A stretch of 64,000 bases of DNA from Candidatus Paraprochloron terpiosi LD05. Lineage in GTDB: Bacteria > Cyanobacteriota > Cyanobacteriia > Cyanobacteriales > Prochloraceae. The translations under genes and the position numbers were made by a program. Below are positions 10,250 to 20,482 of the stretch, piece by piece. Within the stretch, counting starts at the first letter, position 1. The number at the start of each line of letters is the position of its first letter. The stretch spans positions 879,118-943,117 of the forward strand of contig CP073341.1 of the NCBI GenBank assembly GCA_018141785.1. The letters are read 5' to 3'. The notes beneath the pieces were generated by a model that had not been told where the DNA came from, made no database searches, and saw nothing but the letters and a program-made list of their open reading frames with translations.

Positions 10250-10915
10250 AGTACAGATAACGTTCTCTTTCCTTTCTCAGCGCCGGAGCGCCTCTGCGCG
10301 ATAAATTTGACAGAGTTAAACCACCCCATTCTCCAGGAAAGTTTTGCTATTATCGACTCTGAAATGGGGCCACACAATTTTACAGAGGAAGAGTACCCTA
10401 TCGTCCGCCGGGTGATTCACGCTACAGCAGATTTTGAGTTTGCTGAACTGTTGCGGTTTAGTCCGGGGGCGATCGCCTCTGGTATTGCCGGTCTTCGTCG
10501 TGGGTTACCGATTATTACTGATACTACTATGGTTAAGCAAGGAATTGTTAGTATGGTCAACAAAACTTATGGTAATACCCTTATTGCCGCAGTGGAAGGA
10601 GTGCTGAGTGCGGAACCTGGTAAAACACGCACTGAAACTGGTATCCTAAAGTGTTTGCAAAAATATAGTAATGGTATTTATGTTATCGGTAATGCCCCTA
10701 CAGCTCTACTAGCTCTTTGTCGTCAATGCAATCCTATTAATTTTAATCCTACTTTAGTTATTGGAGTGCCTGTTGGTTATGTTAATGTAATCGAGTCTAA
10801 ACAAGCTTTGGCAGCAACAGCAGTACCTCAAATTCGGGTGGAAGGTCGTAAGGGGGGTTCCCCTGTAGCAGCAGCAATTTTGAATGCTTTACTGGTATTG
10901 GCTGCTGATAATTAG
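10247..10915 (+). CDS. cobH: Precorrin-8X methylmutase
   Basis: It has HPILQESFAIID, the VIHATADFEF core motif and a GNAPTAL segment. The start is uncertain because the ATG sits in a repeat; TTG near 10303 is an alternative. Confidence 0.85.
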   Translation: MSTDNVLFPFSAPERLCAINLTELNHPILQESFAIIDSEMGPHNFTEEEYPIVRRVIHATADFEFAELLRFSPGAIASGIAGLRRGLPIITDTTMVKQGIVSMVNKTYGNTLIAAVEGVLSAEPGKTRTETGILKCLQKYSNGIYVIGNAPTALLALCRQCNPINFNPTLVIGVPVGYVNVIESKQALAATAVPQIRVEGRKGGSPVAAAILNALLVLAADN

Positions 10916-11149
10916 CTTTGTAGGGTGGGCATTGCCATGGCTTATTCTTAGTGGATCCTCCCAGTTCACCAGAATTCTTCCTTTTAGATAAATAAAATAC
11001 TTTTGGAATACTAAGATGGCTCTAAATTGGCTCATTAATAAGACACTAATCAATGTTTGACAATGAGAACGCAAAACAAGATAGAGATATAACTATGGGT
11101 ATTAAAGCCTCTCTACAGGGATTCAAAAGAGAGAAAAACTGGAATAAAT

Positions 11150-11431
11150 AAGATAAAGCTTGGATTAAAGCAGCTATGAAATAACCTGGAGGTAGCCCTG
11201 GATAAATTGGAGCGCTATGAGGAAGCCCTTGCTTACTATGATAAAGCACTGGAAATTAAGCCAGATGAACGTATTGTCCTCAATAATAAAGGAATAGCGC
11301 TGGACAAATTAGGTCGCCGTGAAGAAGCACGTGCTTGCTATAATAAAGCAGAATTAATATCGATGAACCTAGACATTGATAATCGAGAATCTGGAAGGCC
11401 CGGTAAAGCCTGGGTCGCCCTCTATAGCTAG
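11150..11431 (+). pseudogene. Degenerate TPR-repeat gene fragment
   Basis: LERYEEALAYYDKALEIKPDE..NNKGIALDKLGRREEA are TPR units. The upstream TPR-like sequence (KAWIKAA) is cut off by stop codons. Confidence 0.4.
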
Positions 11432-11549
11432 AATCTATAGAAAACATTAAGATTTATGACAAACAAAAAAATATGATTTGACAGAGTGATCCCCGGTATC
11501 TTATAATAGATGGTGTTGAAACAATAATTCAGCGTAGAGACAGACAAAT

Positions 11550-12269
11550 ATGCGGGATTCCACACTGGCGTCCAGGTCGATTGCTAACCTGGATTTAAAT
11601 GTCCTCAATTGTAAATTCGAGAAGGCAGATCCGAGAAAAATTCTGACTTGGTGTGTAGGTAATTTTATCACTGGACTAGTTCAAACTAGTACTTTTAATA
11701 TCGACGATTTAGTGATAACGGATCTCCTCTACCGAGAGATCCAACCAGATCCACCAGTACCAGTGGTGTTCGTAGATACGCTGCATCATTTTACCCAGAC
11801 TTTAGAACTGGTAGAACGAGCAAAAGCAATCTATAATTTGGACTTAAGAAGTTATCAAATATCCGGTCTTAATTCTCGAAAAGCTTTTGAGGCTAAATAT
11901 GGTGCAGCTTTGTGGGAAAGAGACAGGCAACAGTTCCATTATCTCACCAAAATGGGGCCTTTGCAACGAGGACTAACAGAACTGAAGGCTATGGTTACTA
12001 TCACTGGAAATTCTCCCAACTGCACGACGTCAGTGTTTGAACGAGACAGACAAGGACGCTTACAGGTAAATCCTCTCGCTTTTTGGTCCCGAACGGAAAG
12101 CTGGGCTTATGCTTATGAGTACGATTTGATTTATAATCCCCTTCATGACGAGGGTTACGGTAATATTGAGGATGAACCCCTGACTCTGAAAATGACTGTG
12201 GGGGAAAAAGATAAATATTGGCGATTGTGGGGTATGCTCAAAACTGAATGCGGCATTTATTCCATCTAA
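11550..12269 (+). CDS. cysH: Phosphoadenosine/adenosine phosphosulfate reductase
   Basis: It has the PAPS-reductase fold motif VVFVDTLHHF and a C-terminal ECGIY (ECGLH-like) motif. Confidence 0.8.
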   Translation: MRDSTLASRSIANLDLNVLNCKFEKADPRKILTWCVGNFITGLVQTSTFNIDDLVITDLLYREIQPDPPVPVVFVDTLHHFTQTLELVERAKAIYNLDLRSYQISGLNSRKAFEAKYGAALWERDRQQFHYLTKMGPLQRGLTELKAMVTITGNSPNCTTSVFERDRQGRLQVNPLAFWSRTESWAYAYEYDLIYNPLHDEGYGNIEDEPLTLKMTVGEKDKYWRLWGMLKTECGIYSI

Positions 12270-12280
12270 AGCTGTAAGAA

Positions 12281-13498
12281 ATGATTAAAATTTTGCACCT
12301 TTCAGACATTCACCTGGGTAGTGGTTTCTCCCATGGTAGGATTAATCCGGAAACGGGTTGCAATACTAGGCTGGAAGATTTTGTCAGAACTTTACAGCAA
12401 TGCATTGACAGGGCGATTACCGAACCAGTGGACTTAGTTCTCTTCGGGGGGGACGCTTTTCCAGACAGCACTCCTCCTCCTTATGTCCACCAACATTTTG
12501 CCGCTCAATTCCGTCGTTTAGCAGACGCTAATATTCCTGCTGTTTTGCTGGTTGGGAACCACGACCAGCATTCTCAGGGGCAAGGGGGAGCCAGTCTTTG
12601 TATTTATCGTACCCTGGGAGTACCTGGATTTATCGTGGGGGACAAACCGGAGGTACACCGCATTTCTACCCAAAATGGAGAAGTGCAGGTATTGACTCTC
12701 CCTTGGTTGAACCATTCTTCTCTCTTCACTCGTTCCCAAACGGAAGGTTTGTCTCTGGCTGAGGTGAATGAGTTATTGCTCAAACGCCTGGAACCGATTT
12801 TTGCTGGGGAAATTCGCCGTCTGGAGCCCAACATTCCCACAGTTTTGCTGGGTCACCTCATGGCAGATCGCGCTCAACTGGGTGCGGAGCGCTTTTTAGC
12901 AGTGGGGAAGGGTTTTACTATTCCCATTTCTTTTCTCCTGCGCCCGGAATTTGACTATGTAGCTTTAGGTCATGTTCACAAGCACCAAAACCTCAATCCA
13001 GCTAATAATCCCCCGGTAGTTTACGCTGGTAGTATAGAACGGGTGGATTTTAGCGAGGAGAAGGAAGAAAAGGGTTTTGTGCTGGTGGAGTTGACTAAAG
13101 GGAAGGTGTCCTGGGAGTTTTGTCCTTTACCAGTGCGTCCTTTCTGTACTATTGAGGTGGACGTTTCTAAAAAGGAGCAACCAGAGAAAGCTATTCTGGC
13201 AGCTATTGAGAAGCAAAAGATTGCAGGGGCTGTGGTGCGGTTGATTTACAAAATTCGTTCTGAGCAGTTAGATTTAGTAAGGATGGCTGTCCTGAGGGCA
13301 GCTCTCAAAAAAGCTCATACCTATACTATTCGTCCCGAATTAGTCAGCCAGTTAGCCCGTCCTCGCTTACCCGAATTAGGAGTTGGTCAGACTGTGGATC
13401 CTTTAACTGCCCTGGAAACCTATCTCCAAAATAGGACAGATTTGGTGGATATTGCCCCTGATATGTTGACAGCAGCAGAAAAGCTTCTTCAAGCGTAG
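12281..13498 (+). CDS. SbcD/Mre11-like metallophosphoesterase (DNA repair exonuclease)
   Basis: The calcineurin-like motifs are in order: LHLSDIHLG, GGDAF, GNHD, GHL, GHVH. Confidence 0.8.
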   Translation: MIKILHLSDIHLGSGFSHGRINPETGCNTRLEDFVRTLQQCIDRAITEPVDLVLFGGDAFPDSTPPPYVHQHFAAQFRRLADANIPAVLLVGNHDQHSQGQGGASLCIYRTLGVPGFIVGDKPEVHRISTQNGEVQVLTLPWLNHSSLFTRSQTEGLSLAEVNELLLKRLEPIFAGEIRRLEPNIPTVLLGHLMADRAQLGAERFLAVGKGFTIPISFLLRPEFDYVALGHVHKHQNLNPANNPPVVYAGSIERVDFSEEKEEKGFVLVELTKGKVSWEFCPLPVRPFCTIEVDVSKKEQPEKAILAAIEKQKIAGAVVRLIYKIRSEQLDLVRMAVLRAALKKAHTYTIRPELVSQLARPRLPELGVGQTVDPLTALETYLQNRTDLVDIAPDMLTAAEKLLQA

Positions 13499-13558
13499 GG
13501 TGGGCAATTTGAGGGCGTTTGGTATCCTTTATGAAGAGTAAATTTACTATTGCCCACC
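13499..13558. repeat. Split GGTGGGCAAT/ATTGCCCACC palindrome
   Basis: The two 10-nt arms (13499-13508 and 13549-13558) are separated by 40 nt. Unsplit relatives of the same palindrome occur near 10920 and 17437. Confidence 0.6.
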
Positions 13559-13667
13559 AAACCTGAGAGTTTCTGTTCAGTGAGCACGTACCCTGACAAT
13601 ATCCAAATCGTATGTTAATATTATAAGATAAAATTCAGAACAATAAAACAGGATACTATATTATAAC

Positions 13668-14369
13668 ATGGTCAAAAAAATAATTGGGATTCTTTTTTTT
13701 GCTGGCATAGGAGTGGGGAGCTTTGCCATTAGCTACTACGGCTCTCAGTTGACTGCTTTACCTACTAGATATGAGGGCAATAAAACCAAATCAAAACAAA
13801 GAGTTCTTTATTTTAAAGACGCTGAAACCGAAGAGGTTACAGCTAAAATTCAGCGACAAGTAGAAGAACAGTTAGAAATGCAGCAAGACTTCGTAGAAGT
13901 GCAGTTACAAGAGCAAGAACTGAACGAGTTATTAATTAATAATATCGCCCAGAAGACCAACAGTACAAAAATTTTAGAGGCAGCGACAATTGTTAACCAG
14001 AAAATTAACGCTGATGAAATTGAAATAGGTGTGCTCGTTAATACTTCTCAGTTGAGTTTAGAGCATATGAAAACTCATGAAAATAATTTTATTCAGCGAG
14101 CGATTGCTACTTTTCCTGCCGTTCAAGAACGGGACGTTTATATAGGAGTGGAAGGTAAACTGCGGGCGGAAAATGGTCGGTTGCAGTTCGATAATAATAC
14201 GAAGATTAAACTGGGGAATGTGAAGCTCACTATTCAGGAAATTGCTGACATTTTAGGGGTGCCACCGGAAAAAATTAGACGACGATTGGACTTGGAAATG
14301 AATAAGTTGAATATAAATGAGGTAGAATTGGGAGGTGAAGGGGTTACACTGAAAGTTTCAGTAGATTAA
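13668..14369 (+). CDS. Hypothetical membrane-anchored protein
   Basis: It has a single N-terminal TM helix (IIGILFFAGIGVGSFAISYY) followed by a coiled-coil-like Q/E-rich region. No family was recognised. Confidence 0.5.
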   Translation: MVKKIIGILFFAGIGVGSFAISYYGSQLTALPTRYEGNKTKSKQRVLYFKDAETEEVTAKIQRQVEEQLEMQQDFVEVQLQEQELNELLINNIAQKTNSTKILEAATIVNQKINADEIEIGVLVNTSQLSLEHMKTHENNFIQRAIATFPAVQERDVYIGVEGKLRAENGRLQFDNNTKIKLGNVKLTIQEIADILGVPPEKIRRRLDLEMNKLNINEVELGGEGVTLKVSVD

Positions 14370-14399
14370 GTTGCACAAATTCTTTGGGCTTGCTATACT

Positions 14400-15182
14400 A
14401 TGAAAACTTCAATTCAATCTCCAAAAAAAACCGCTACTTCATCCCCTGTAGAGGCGAACTTACTCCCCACAATGTATGATTTATCTAGCGAAAATCCGGA
14501 GGAGCCTGGTTTGCCAGACGAATTTCATGACTTTCAACCAGAATTATTACGCCGTACTTTCAAACCACCCCATTACCTATCAGAACAGGTTTTTAGTGGT
14601 AGTGATTTGAACTTATATTATGATTTAGCTCATACCCAATGGTATAAGCGCCCCGACTGGTTTGGAGTGGTAGGAGATAGGAGTTTTTATGAGAGTGCTC
14701 AATTACGACTAAGTTACGTAATGTGGCAAGAGAAAGTGCCTCCCATGGTGGTTGTGGAGTTGCTATCTCCAGGAACAGAAGGGGAAGATTTAGGAAAAAC
14801 TACCCGCCAGGAATACAAAGCACCCACCAAATGGGAAGTGTATGAGCAGATTTTGCAAGTGCCTTACTACGTGGTGTTTAATCACTATACAGGTTCATTA
14901 CGAGCATTTTTTCTCCATAACCATGGCTATGAAGAGTTACCTTTAACAGAGTCAAAAATCTGGATGCCAAAACTGGAATTAGGATTAAAATTATGGGAAG
15001 GTGTCTATGAAACAGGTTTGCGAAAGATAGAAGGACTTTGGTTGCGATGGTATGATTTGGAAGATAATTTGATTCTGACAGATACGGAAATTGAACGCCA
15101 AAGGGCTGAAATTGAGCGCCAACGGGCTGAACGATTGGCTGAAAAATTACGGGAGTTGAATATTGATCCTGATAGCATTTAG
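14400..15182 (+). CDS. Uma2 family (DUF820) endonuclease
   Basis: It has the VVELLSPGTEGEDLGKT...KWEVYEQILQVPYYVVFN core and the ERQRAE repeat tail common in cyanobacterial Uma2 proteins. Confidence 0.75.
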   Translation: MKTSIQSPKKTATSSPVEANLLPTMYDLSSENPEEPGLPDEFHDFQPELLRRTFKPPHYLSEQVFSGSDLNLYYDLAHTQWYKRPDWFGVVGDRSFYESAQLRLSYVMWQEKVPPMVVVELLSPGTEGEDLGKTTRQEYKAPTKWEVYEQILQVPYYVVFNHYTGSLRAFFLHNHGYEELPLTESKIWMPKLELGLKLWEGVYETGLRKIEGLWLRWYDLEDNLILTDTEIERQRAEIERQRAERLAEKLRELNIDPDSI

Positions 15183-15211
15183 ACTGTAGAGTAGGCCCCT
15201 AACGCTATATA

Positions 15212-15251
15212 ATAAACCGCAGAGGCGCAGAGGGCGCAGAGAAAGAGGAAG
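15212..15251 (+). repeat. CGCAGAG-type repeat element abutting a start codon
   Basis: The sequence ataaaccgcagaggcgcagagggcgcagagaaagaggaag is followed directly by ATG at 15252. Confidence 0.8.
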
Positions 15252-17399
15252 ATGAAAGCTAGTGCTAGAGAAATTTTACAGAGATACAAAGCGGGAACGC
15301 GGGATTTTCGCCACTTCAATCTTCGCGGACAGTCTTTCAAGGGTGCTCACCTGGAGGGGGCTGATTTTAGAGAGTGTGATATCCGCAGTGCTGATTTTAC
15401 TGGGGCTAACTTAACGGGAGCCAACTTTATCTGTGTCAAAGCTGGGTTGCAAAAACGATGGGCGACCTTTTGGCTTCTGTATTCTTTGGCGTTGTCAGTA
15501 CTTTTGGGATTGTGCTTTGCATTCGTTGTCTATTTGATAACTCTCATATTTGACTCCTCTAGTCTAGAGAATCAAGTGGTGGGGTGGGTTAGTTTAATTA
15601 TTCTTGCTATCCTTTGTTTTGTTTCTGTGACTCGAGGTACAGATGAGGCTTTAAAAGTCGGAGCTCTACCCGTTGGAGTTGGAGCCTTATCCTTAGTCTT
15701 AGGCGTCGCCGGAGCCACAAACGGATTTTTAGTATTAGTTATAGTTGGAGCCCTAACCCTAGTCGAAGTCCAAGTCCTAGCCCAAGCCCTAGCTCTGGCC
15801 AAAGCCGGATTTCAACTTATAGTGGGCGCTGGATTCCTAACTAAAGTTACAGTCATATTAGTTGTTGTAATCCTAACTAAAACCCACGTTGTAATCCTAA
15901 CTGAAATCAAAACCTTCGTAGTCTTAAGCGTAATTGTAGCCCTAGTCCTCACTTTAACAATTGCTTACAGCGCCTGGCGTGCCATGAAGGGATACTCCCA
16001 ATATGGATCGATTCGCAATAATGCCGTCGTTTTTGCAGCTAATGGAGGTACCAGCTTCCGTAAAGCTAATTTAACGGATGCCAAATTTAACCAGGCTACC
16101 CTCAAAGGTACAGATTTCCGAGAAGCCAATCTAACCCGCACAAGTTTCCATAACGTAAACAAGAAGTATAACCTAGAGCGAGTCAAAGTTACCAAGACTA
16201 TCTTAGCTAACCCAGCAGTGAGAGCGCTACTTGTTACTGGGGACGGTAGTTACAAATCCTATGCTGGTGCTAACCTGAAAGGAGCTAATCTCATGGGAGC
16301 TAATCTCATGGGAGCTAATCTGAAAGAAGCAGATATCAGCGACGCTACCTTGGAGAATGCTTCCTTAGAATATGCTAACCTAACTTTAACCAATGCAGTA
16401 GCTACTAACTTCACCAACGCTCAAATGACAGGTGCTACCATAGAAGCTTGGAATATTGAAAGCAGCACTAAGCTAGATAATGTAGATTGTGGCTTCGTTT
16501 ATCTCCTGGAAAAGCCGATTCATGAAACAACAGATAACAGAGAAAGACGTCCTAGTAGTGGGGAGTTTGCCCCCGGGGACTTCACCAAGTTATTTACCGA
16601 AGTTTTGGACACAGTTGATTTAATTTTCCGAGAAGGGGTAGACTGGAAAGCCTTTTTTACTGCCTTTAAAGAAGTACAAGTAGAAAATGAAGATACAAAA
16701 TTAGCTGTCCAGAGTATCGAAAATAAAGGTGATGGCTGCTTTGTGGTAAAAGTAACCGTACCTCCCGATACCGATAAGGAAAAAATTCATCGTGATTTCA
16801 CTGAACAATATGAAATACAGTTAAAACTTATAGAAGAGAAGTATCGAGCACAGTTACAAGGTAAAGAAGAGCTTATCGCAAACTATCGAGAGCAAATTCA
16901 ATATGAGCGCCAAAGAAATACTAAACCGGAAGAAATGATTAATACCTTAGCCTCTCAGCCCAGAAATCCGATTATTATTAATAATAATAATAATAATAAT
17001 AATATACAAGGAAATCAAGACATGAGTAACAACAATAGAGTAAAAGTAGAAGTAGAAAACAAGAGTAAAGTAACTGAAGTAACAGGTGGAAATTCTAGTG
17101 GTAATGTTAATGTGGTCATTAATGAACTACCTTCCTCCCCCAACCCCAACGAATCGGGAATAAAGGAATTGCTGATTGAGTTGCAGAAGGCGATCGCCTC
17201 CTCCTCTCTCTCCGAAGTAGACAAAAGTTACGCCCAAGACGAAGTAGAGAACTTAGAAAAAGCAGTCCAAAATGGAGATGAAAATGAGAAGAAGAAACAA
17301 GCAGGGAAAGCTATGAGGATATTAGGACTTCTGCTACCTCCTATTGCTGCATTTGTAACAATTCTAGATAAACTAGGCCAATTATTTGGGCTAGGATAA
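15252..17399 (+). CDS. Pentapeptide-repeat protein with a central multi-TM block and poly-Asn tract
   Basis: A(D/N)LxG pentapeptide runs occur at the N-terminus and mid-protein (ANLKGANLMGANLMGANLKEADIS). A hydrophobic V/L/A/G-rich region lies between them, followed by a coiled-coil C-terminal part with N8. Confidence 0.8.
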   Translation: MKASAREILQRYKAGTRDFRHFNLRGQSFKGAHLEGADFRECDIRSADFTGANLTGANFICVKAGLQKRWATFWLLYSLALSVLLGLCFAFVVYLITLIFDSSSLENQVVGWVSLIILAILCFVSVTRGTDEALKVGALPVGVGALSLVLGVAGATNGFLVLVIVGALTLVEVQVLAQALALAKAGFQLIVGAGFLTKVTVILVVVILTKTHVVILTEIKTFVVLSVIVALVLTLTIAYSAWRAMKGYSQYGSIRNNAVVFAANGGTSFRKANLTDAKFNQATLKGTDFREANLTRTSFHNVNKKYNLERVKVTKTILANPAVRALLVTGDGSYKSYAGANLKGANLMGANLMGANLKEADISDATLENASLEYANLTLTNAVATNFTNAQMTGATIEAWNIESSTKLDNVDCGFVYLLEKPIHETTDNRERRPSSGEFAPGDFTKLFTEVLDTVDLIFREGVDWKAFFTAFKEVQVENEDTKLAVQSIENKGDGCFVVKVTVPPDTDKEKIHRDFTEQYEIQLKLIEEKYRAQLQGKEELIANYREQIQYERQRNTKPEEMINTLASQPRNPIIINNNNNNNNIQGNQDMSNNNRVKVEVENKSKVTEVTGGNSSGNVNVVINELPSSPNPNESGIKELLIELQKAIASSSLSEVDKSYAQDEVENLEKAVQNGDENEKKKQAGKAMRILGLLLPPIAAFVTILDKLGQLFGLG
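16980..17003 (+). repeat. (AAT)8 microsatellite inside the CDS
   Basis: Eight perfect AAT codons are preceded by (ATT)3. They encode IIINNNNNNNN. Confidence 0.95.
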
Positions 17400-17728
17400 A
17401 GGGTATGGGGTGGTTATTTTGTGTTCTAGGTTTATTGGTGGACAATGCCCACCCTACCACTATTCAAAAGACTGTAACCAGGAGTATAAATCAGCTTCCT
17501 CTCTAAAGTCTAGCAAAGCTTCTCCCAAATCTTCCAGTTTGTTTAAAGGCAGTGTCTCAACTTACTACCCCAAGACGACGGTTGAGCAGTCTTAGAAGGA
17601 GCGATTCCACGGAAAGTTATCAGTAACCAGCTAGCTATGTCCCGGGAAAAGTTTTCCGCAATGAATTTACAAGTGCTATCAAAGGCCATGATGTGTTATA
17701 CTACCAGTAGGGGCCTTTATTCCTTCCT

Positions 17729-19036
17729 TTGAACCCTATGAGCGAACTAGAACGTCTCCTGCCCTCCGACTGCCAACTGGTAAACTGGGAAAGTCTGGAA
17801 CCTGAATGGCAAAAACAGATCAATCGGACAATTATTGCTCCCACTCTCCCTGGTTATTTAGTTTACCCCCCTACTCAAGAAGCTTTGGGTACCGTTATAG
17901 AAGCAGCAGCAAACCATGGTTGGAAGGTTCTTCCTTGTGGTAGGGGCAGCAAGCTCAGTTGGGGGGGTATAATTGAAGATCCAATCCACCTCCTAGTGAG
18001 TACTGCAAGACTGAACCGGGTTGTAGAACACGCTGTGGGTGACTTGACGGTGACCGTGGAAGGAGGAGTGAAATTAGCTGACCTCCAGCAGACCCTATCT
18101 CAGTATGGTCAATTTCTCCCCCTGGACCCTGCCTATCCCGAATTTGCTACTATAGGGGGTATCGTAGCCACAGGGGATACTGGTAGTTGGCGGGTTGGCT
18201 ATGGTGGGGTTCGAGATCTCGTTTTAGGGTTGTCTTTTGTTCGAGCTGACGGTAAAATAGCTAAAGCTGGAGGACGGGTAGTGAAAAATGTGGCTGGCTA
18301 CGATATAATGAAGCTGTTTACTGGTTCCTATGGTACTCTGGGAATCATTACCCAAGTAACTTTTCGCCTTTATCCCCTCCCCTCCACTTCCAAAACTGTT
18401 GTTTTAACGGGAGATAAGGAAGGGATCGCTTCCCTTCGACACACTCTCGTCACTTCTGGTTTAACCCCCACTGCTGGGAATATTCTCTCTCCTAAGTTGG
18501 TGCAGAAGTTATCTTTAGGAGAGGGTATGGGTTTAGTGGTGCGGTTTCAAAGTATCCCAGCTAGTGTTAAAGAACAGGGGGCAAAAGTTGCCTCCTTCGG
18601 GCAAGAGTTGGGGCTAAAAGCTAGTTTATATGAGGATAAGGAGTTAGAGACAAAACTATGGCAAGACTTAGCTCGTAGTTGTCGGATTCCCGCCTCAGAA
18701 ACGGCCATTAGTTGTAATATAGGTATATTGCCCTCTGCTGCCGTGACTTTGCTCGGTCAACTAGATACTCGGGGTCTTGGTATCATTGGGGTGAATAACG
18801 GTTTAGGACAATTTACTCTAGAAGAGGAAATATATAAAGAAGATATTAAAGCAATGCGATCGCTGTGTGAAGCACATAGGGGTTTCCTGACCATTCTGGA
18901 AGCTCCCCCTGCTATCAAGCAAGAATTGGAACCTTGGGGCTATAGAGGGAACGCTTTAGCCCTTATGAGCCGCATTAAAGAACAGTTTGATCCGAAACAA
19001 ATCCTGAGTCCTGGTCGTTTTGTTGGCGCAATTTAG
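17729..19036 (+). CDS. glcE: Glycolate oxidase FAD-binding subunit GlcE
   Basis: It has a PCMH-type FAD-binding domain (GRGSKLSWGG, VKNVAGYD) and lies immediately upstream of glcF. ATG at 17738 is an alternative start. Confidence 0.75.
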   Translation: MNPMSELERLLPSDCQLVNWESLEPEWQKQINRTIIAPTLPGYLVYPPTQEALGTVIEAAANHGWKVLPCGRGSKLSWGGIIEDPIHLLVSTARLNRVVEHAVGDLTVTVEGGVKLADLQQTLSQYGQFLPLDPAYPEFATIGGIVATGDTGSWRVGYGGVRDLVLGLSFVRADGKIAKAGGRVVKNVAGYDIMKLFTGSYGTLGIITQVTFRLYPLPSTSKTVVLTGDKEGIASLRHTLVTSGLTPTAGNILSPKLVQKLSLGEGMGLVVRFQSIPASVKEQGAKVASFGQELGLKASLYEDKELETKLWQDLARSCRIPASETAISCNIGILPSAAVTLLGQLDTRGLGIIGVNNGLGQFTLEEEIYKEDIKAMRSLCEAHRGFLTILEAPPAIKQELEPWGYRGNALALMSRIKEQFDPKQILSPGRFVGAI

Positions 19037-19160
19037 AACCCCGCCCGCGAATAAATTGTAGGCTAATAAGTTATTTGACTTTTTCTAAGTTATAATATAA
19101 CAAACCCCATGGAACAAATCAAATAATAACCCCGAAACTCACACCTTACATCCTAAAGAA

Positions 19161-20438
19161 ATGAAACAAGAATTAATTGATACCTGCGTTCACTGCGGCT
19201 TTTGTCTTGCCACCTGTCCCAGTTACAGAGTAATAGGGAAAGAAACTGACTCTCCCAGAGGTAGAATTTATCTCATGAACGCCATTAATAAAGGTGAAGT
19301 CTCTTTTAAAACAGCTGCTACAGAACATTTCGATTCTTGTTTAGGATGTCTTGCTTGCACCACTATTTGTCCTGCTGGTGTAGAATATGATAAACTAATA
19401 GCAGCCACTCGTCCTCAGGTAGAAAAGAATCAACGTCGCAGTTTGGGTTCTAGATTAATTAGAAGCTTAATCTTCAATCTTTTTCCCTATCCCGATCGCC
19501 TACGGTTCCTACTTCCTTCCTTCTGGTTCTATCAAAAATCAGGTCTGCAAAAGTTGGTTAACTTAACTGGTTTCCTGCCAAAAATTTTTCCTTCTTTAGC
19601 TGCCATGGAGTCTGTTTTACCCACCATTGATTTCAATTCTATCGAGTATAATTTTCCTGAAATTATCCCAGCTCAAGGAACAAAACGCTATGGAGTGGGA
19701 GTAATTTTAGGTTGCGTACAGCGTCTCTTTTTCTCCTCAGTAAACGCAGCCACTGTGCGGGTTTTAACTGCTAATGGCTGTGAAGTTGTCATTCCACCAA
19801 ATCAAGGCTGTTGCTCTGCTTTACCCGCCCACCAGGGACAAGAAGCACAGGCAAAAACATTAGCAAAAAAGATGATTGATAGCTTTGCAGGAAAAAAATT
19901 AGATGCTATAATTATCAATGCAGCTGGTTGTGGTCATACCTTAAAAGAATATGGTGCTATATTAGCTGATGACCCACAATATAGTGATAAAGCAGTAGCA
20001 TTTGCAGCAAAAGTCAAAGATATACAAGAGTTTCTTGTGGAAATAGGCATGAGTGCAGAACTTGCTCCCTTAACAGAGGAGCCACTAACTATAGTATATC
20101 AAGACGCCTGCCATTTACTCCATGGACAAAAGATTAGTTTGCAACCCAGGCAGTTATTGCAGCAAATCCCCCGAGTTAAGCTGAAAGAACCGAGAGATGC
20201 AGCAATATGTTGCGGGAGTGCAGGAGTGTATAATTTGTTGCAACCCAAAGTAGCTGATGAACTGGGTTCGCAAAAGGTAAGTAATTTGTTAGCTACGGGG
20301 GCGGAATTAATTGCTTCCTCCAACCCAGGTTGTACATTGCAAATCAATAAACATTTGGGCTTGCAGGGTAATGTAACCCCCTTATTGCATCCTGTGGAAT
20401 TGTTGGATTATTCTATTAGAGGTATTAAACTTCCGTAG
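19161..20438 (+). CDS. glcF: Glycolate oxidase iron-sulfur subunit GlcF
   Basis: It has two ferredoxin-type clusters (CVHCGFCLATCP, CLGCLACTTICP) and two CCG cysteine-rich domains. Confidence 0.85.
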   Translation: MKQELIDTCVHCGFCLATCPSYRVIGKETDSPRGRIYLMNAINKGEVSFKTAATEHFDSCLGCLACTTICPAGVEYDKLIAATRPQVEKNQRRSLGSRLIRSLIFNLFPYPDRLRFLLPSFWFYQKSGLQKLVNLTGFLPKIFPSLAAMESVLPTIDFNSIEYNFPEIIPAQGTKRYGVGVILGCVQRLFFSSVNAATVRVLTANGCEVVIPPNQGCCSALPAHQGQEAQAKTLAKKMIDSFAGKKLDAIIINAAGCGHTLKEYGAILADDPQYSDKAVAFAAKVKDIQEFLVEIGMSAELAPLTEEPLTIVYQDACHLLHGQKISLQPRQLLQQIPRVKLKEPRDAAICCGSAGVYNLLQPKVADELGSQKVSNLLATGAELIASSNPGCTLQINKHLGLQGNVTPLLHPVELLDYSIRGIKLP

Positions 20439-20482
20439 GGTGCACGCTAAATCCCTAAGTCGCACTATAATTGAATTAATAA

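Noticed and set aside
16971-17006. I considered whether the short tandem repeats ((ATT)3(AAT)8 here, (TAAAT)6 at 42361-42390, and the CGCAGAG units) could be CRISPR-like arrays.
   Set aside because: The repeat units are 3-10 nt with no unique spacers of 25-40 nt. They are microsatellites or short tandem repeats, not CRISPR.
17410-17595. This is a 61-codon ORF downstream of the pentapeptide protein.
   Set aside because: It starts inside a GGTGGACAATGCCCACCCTAC palindromic repeat copy (the encoded GGQCPPY is a repeat artefact). It has no RBS and a low-complexity Ser/Lys tail.
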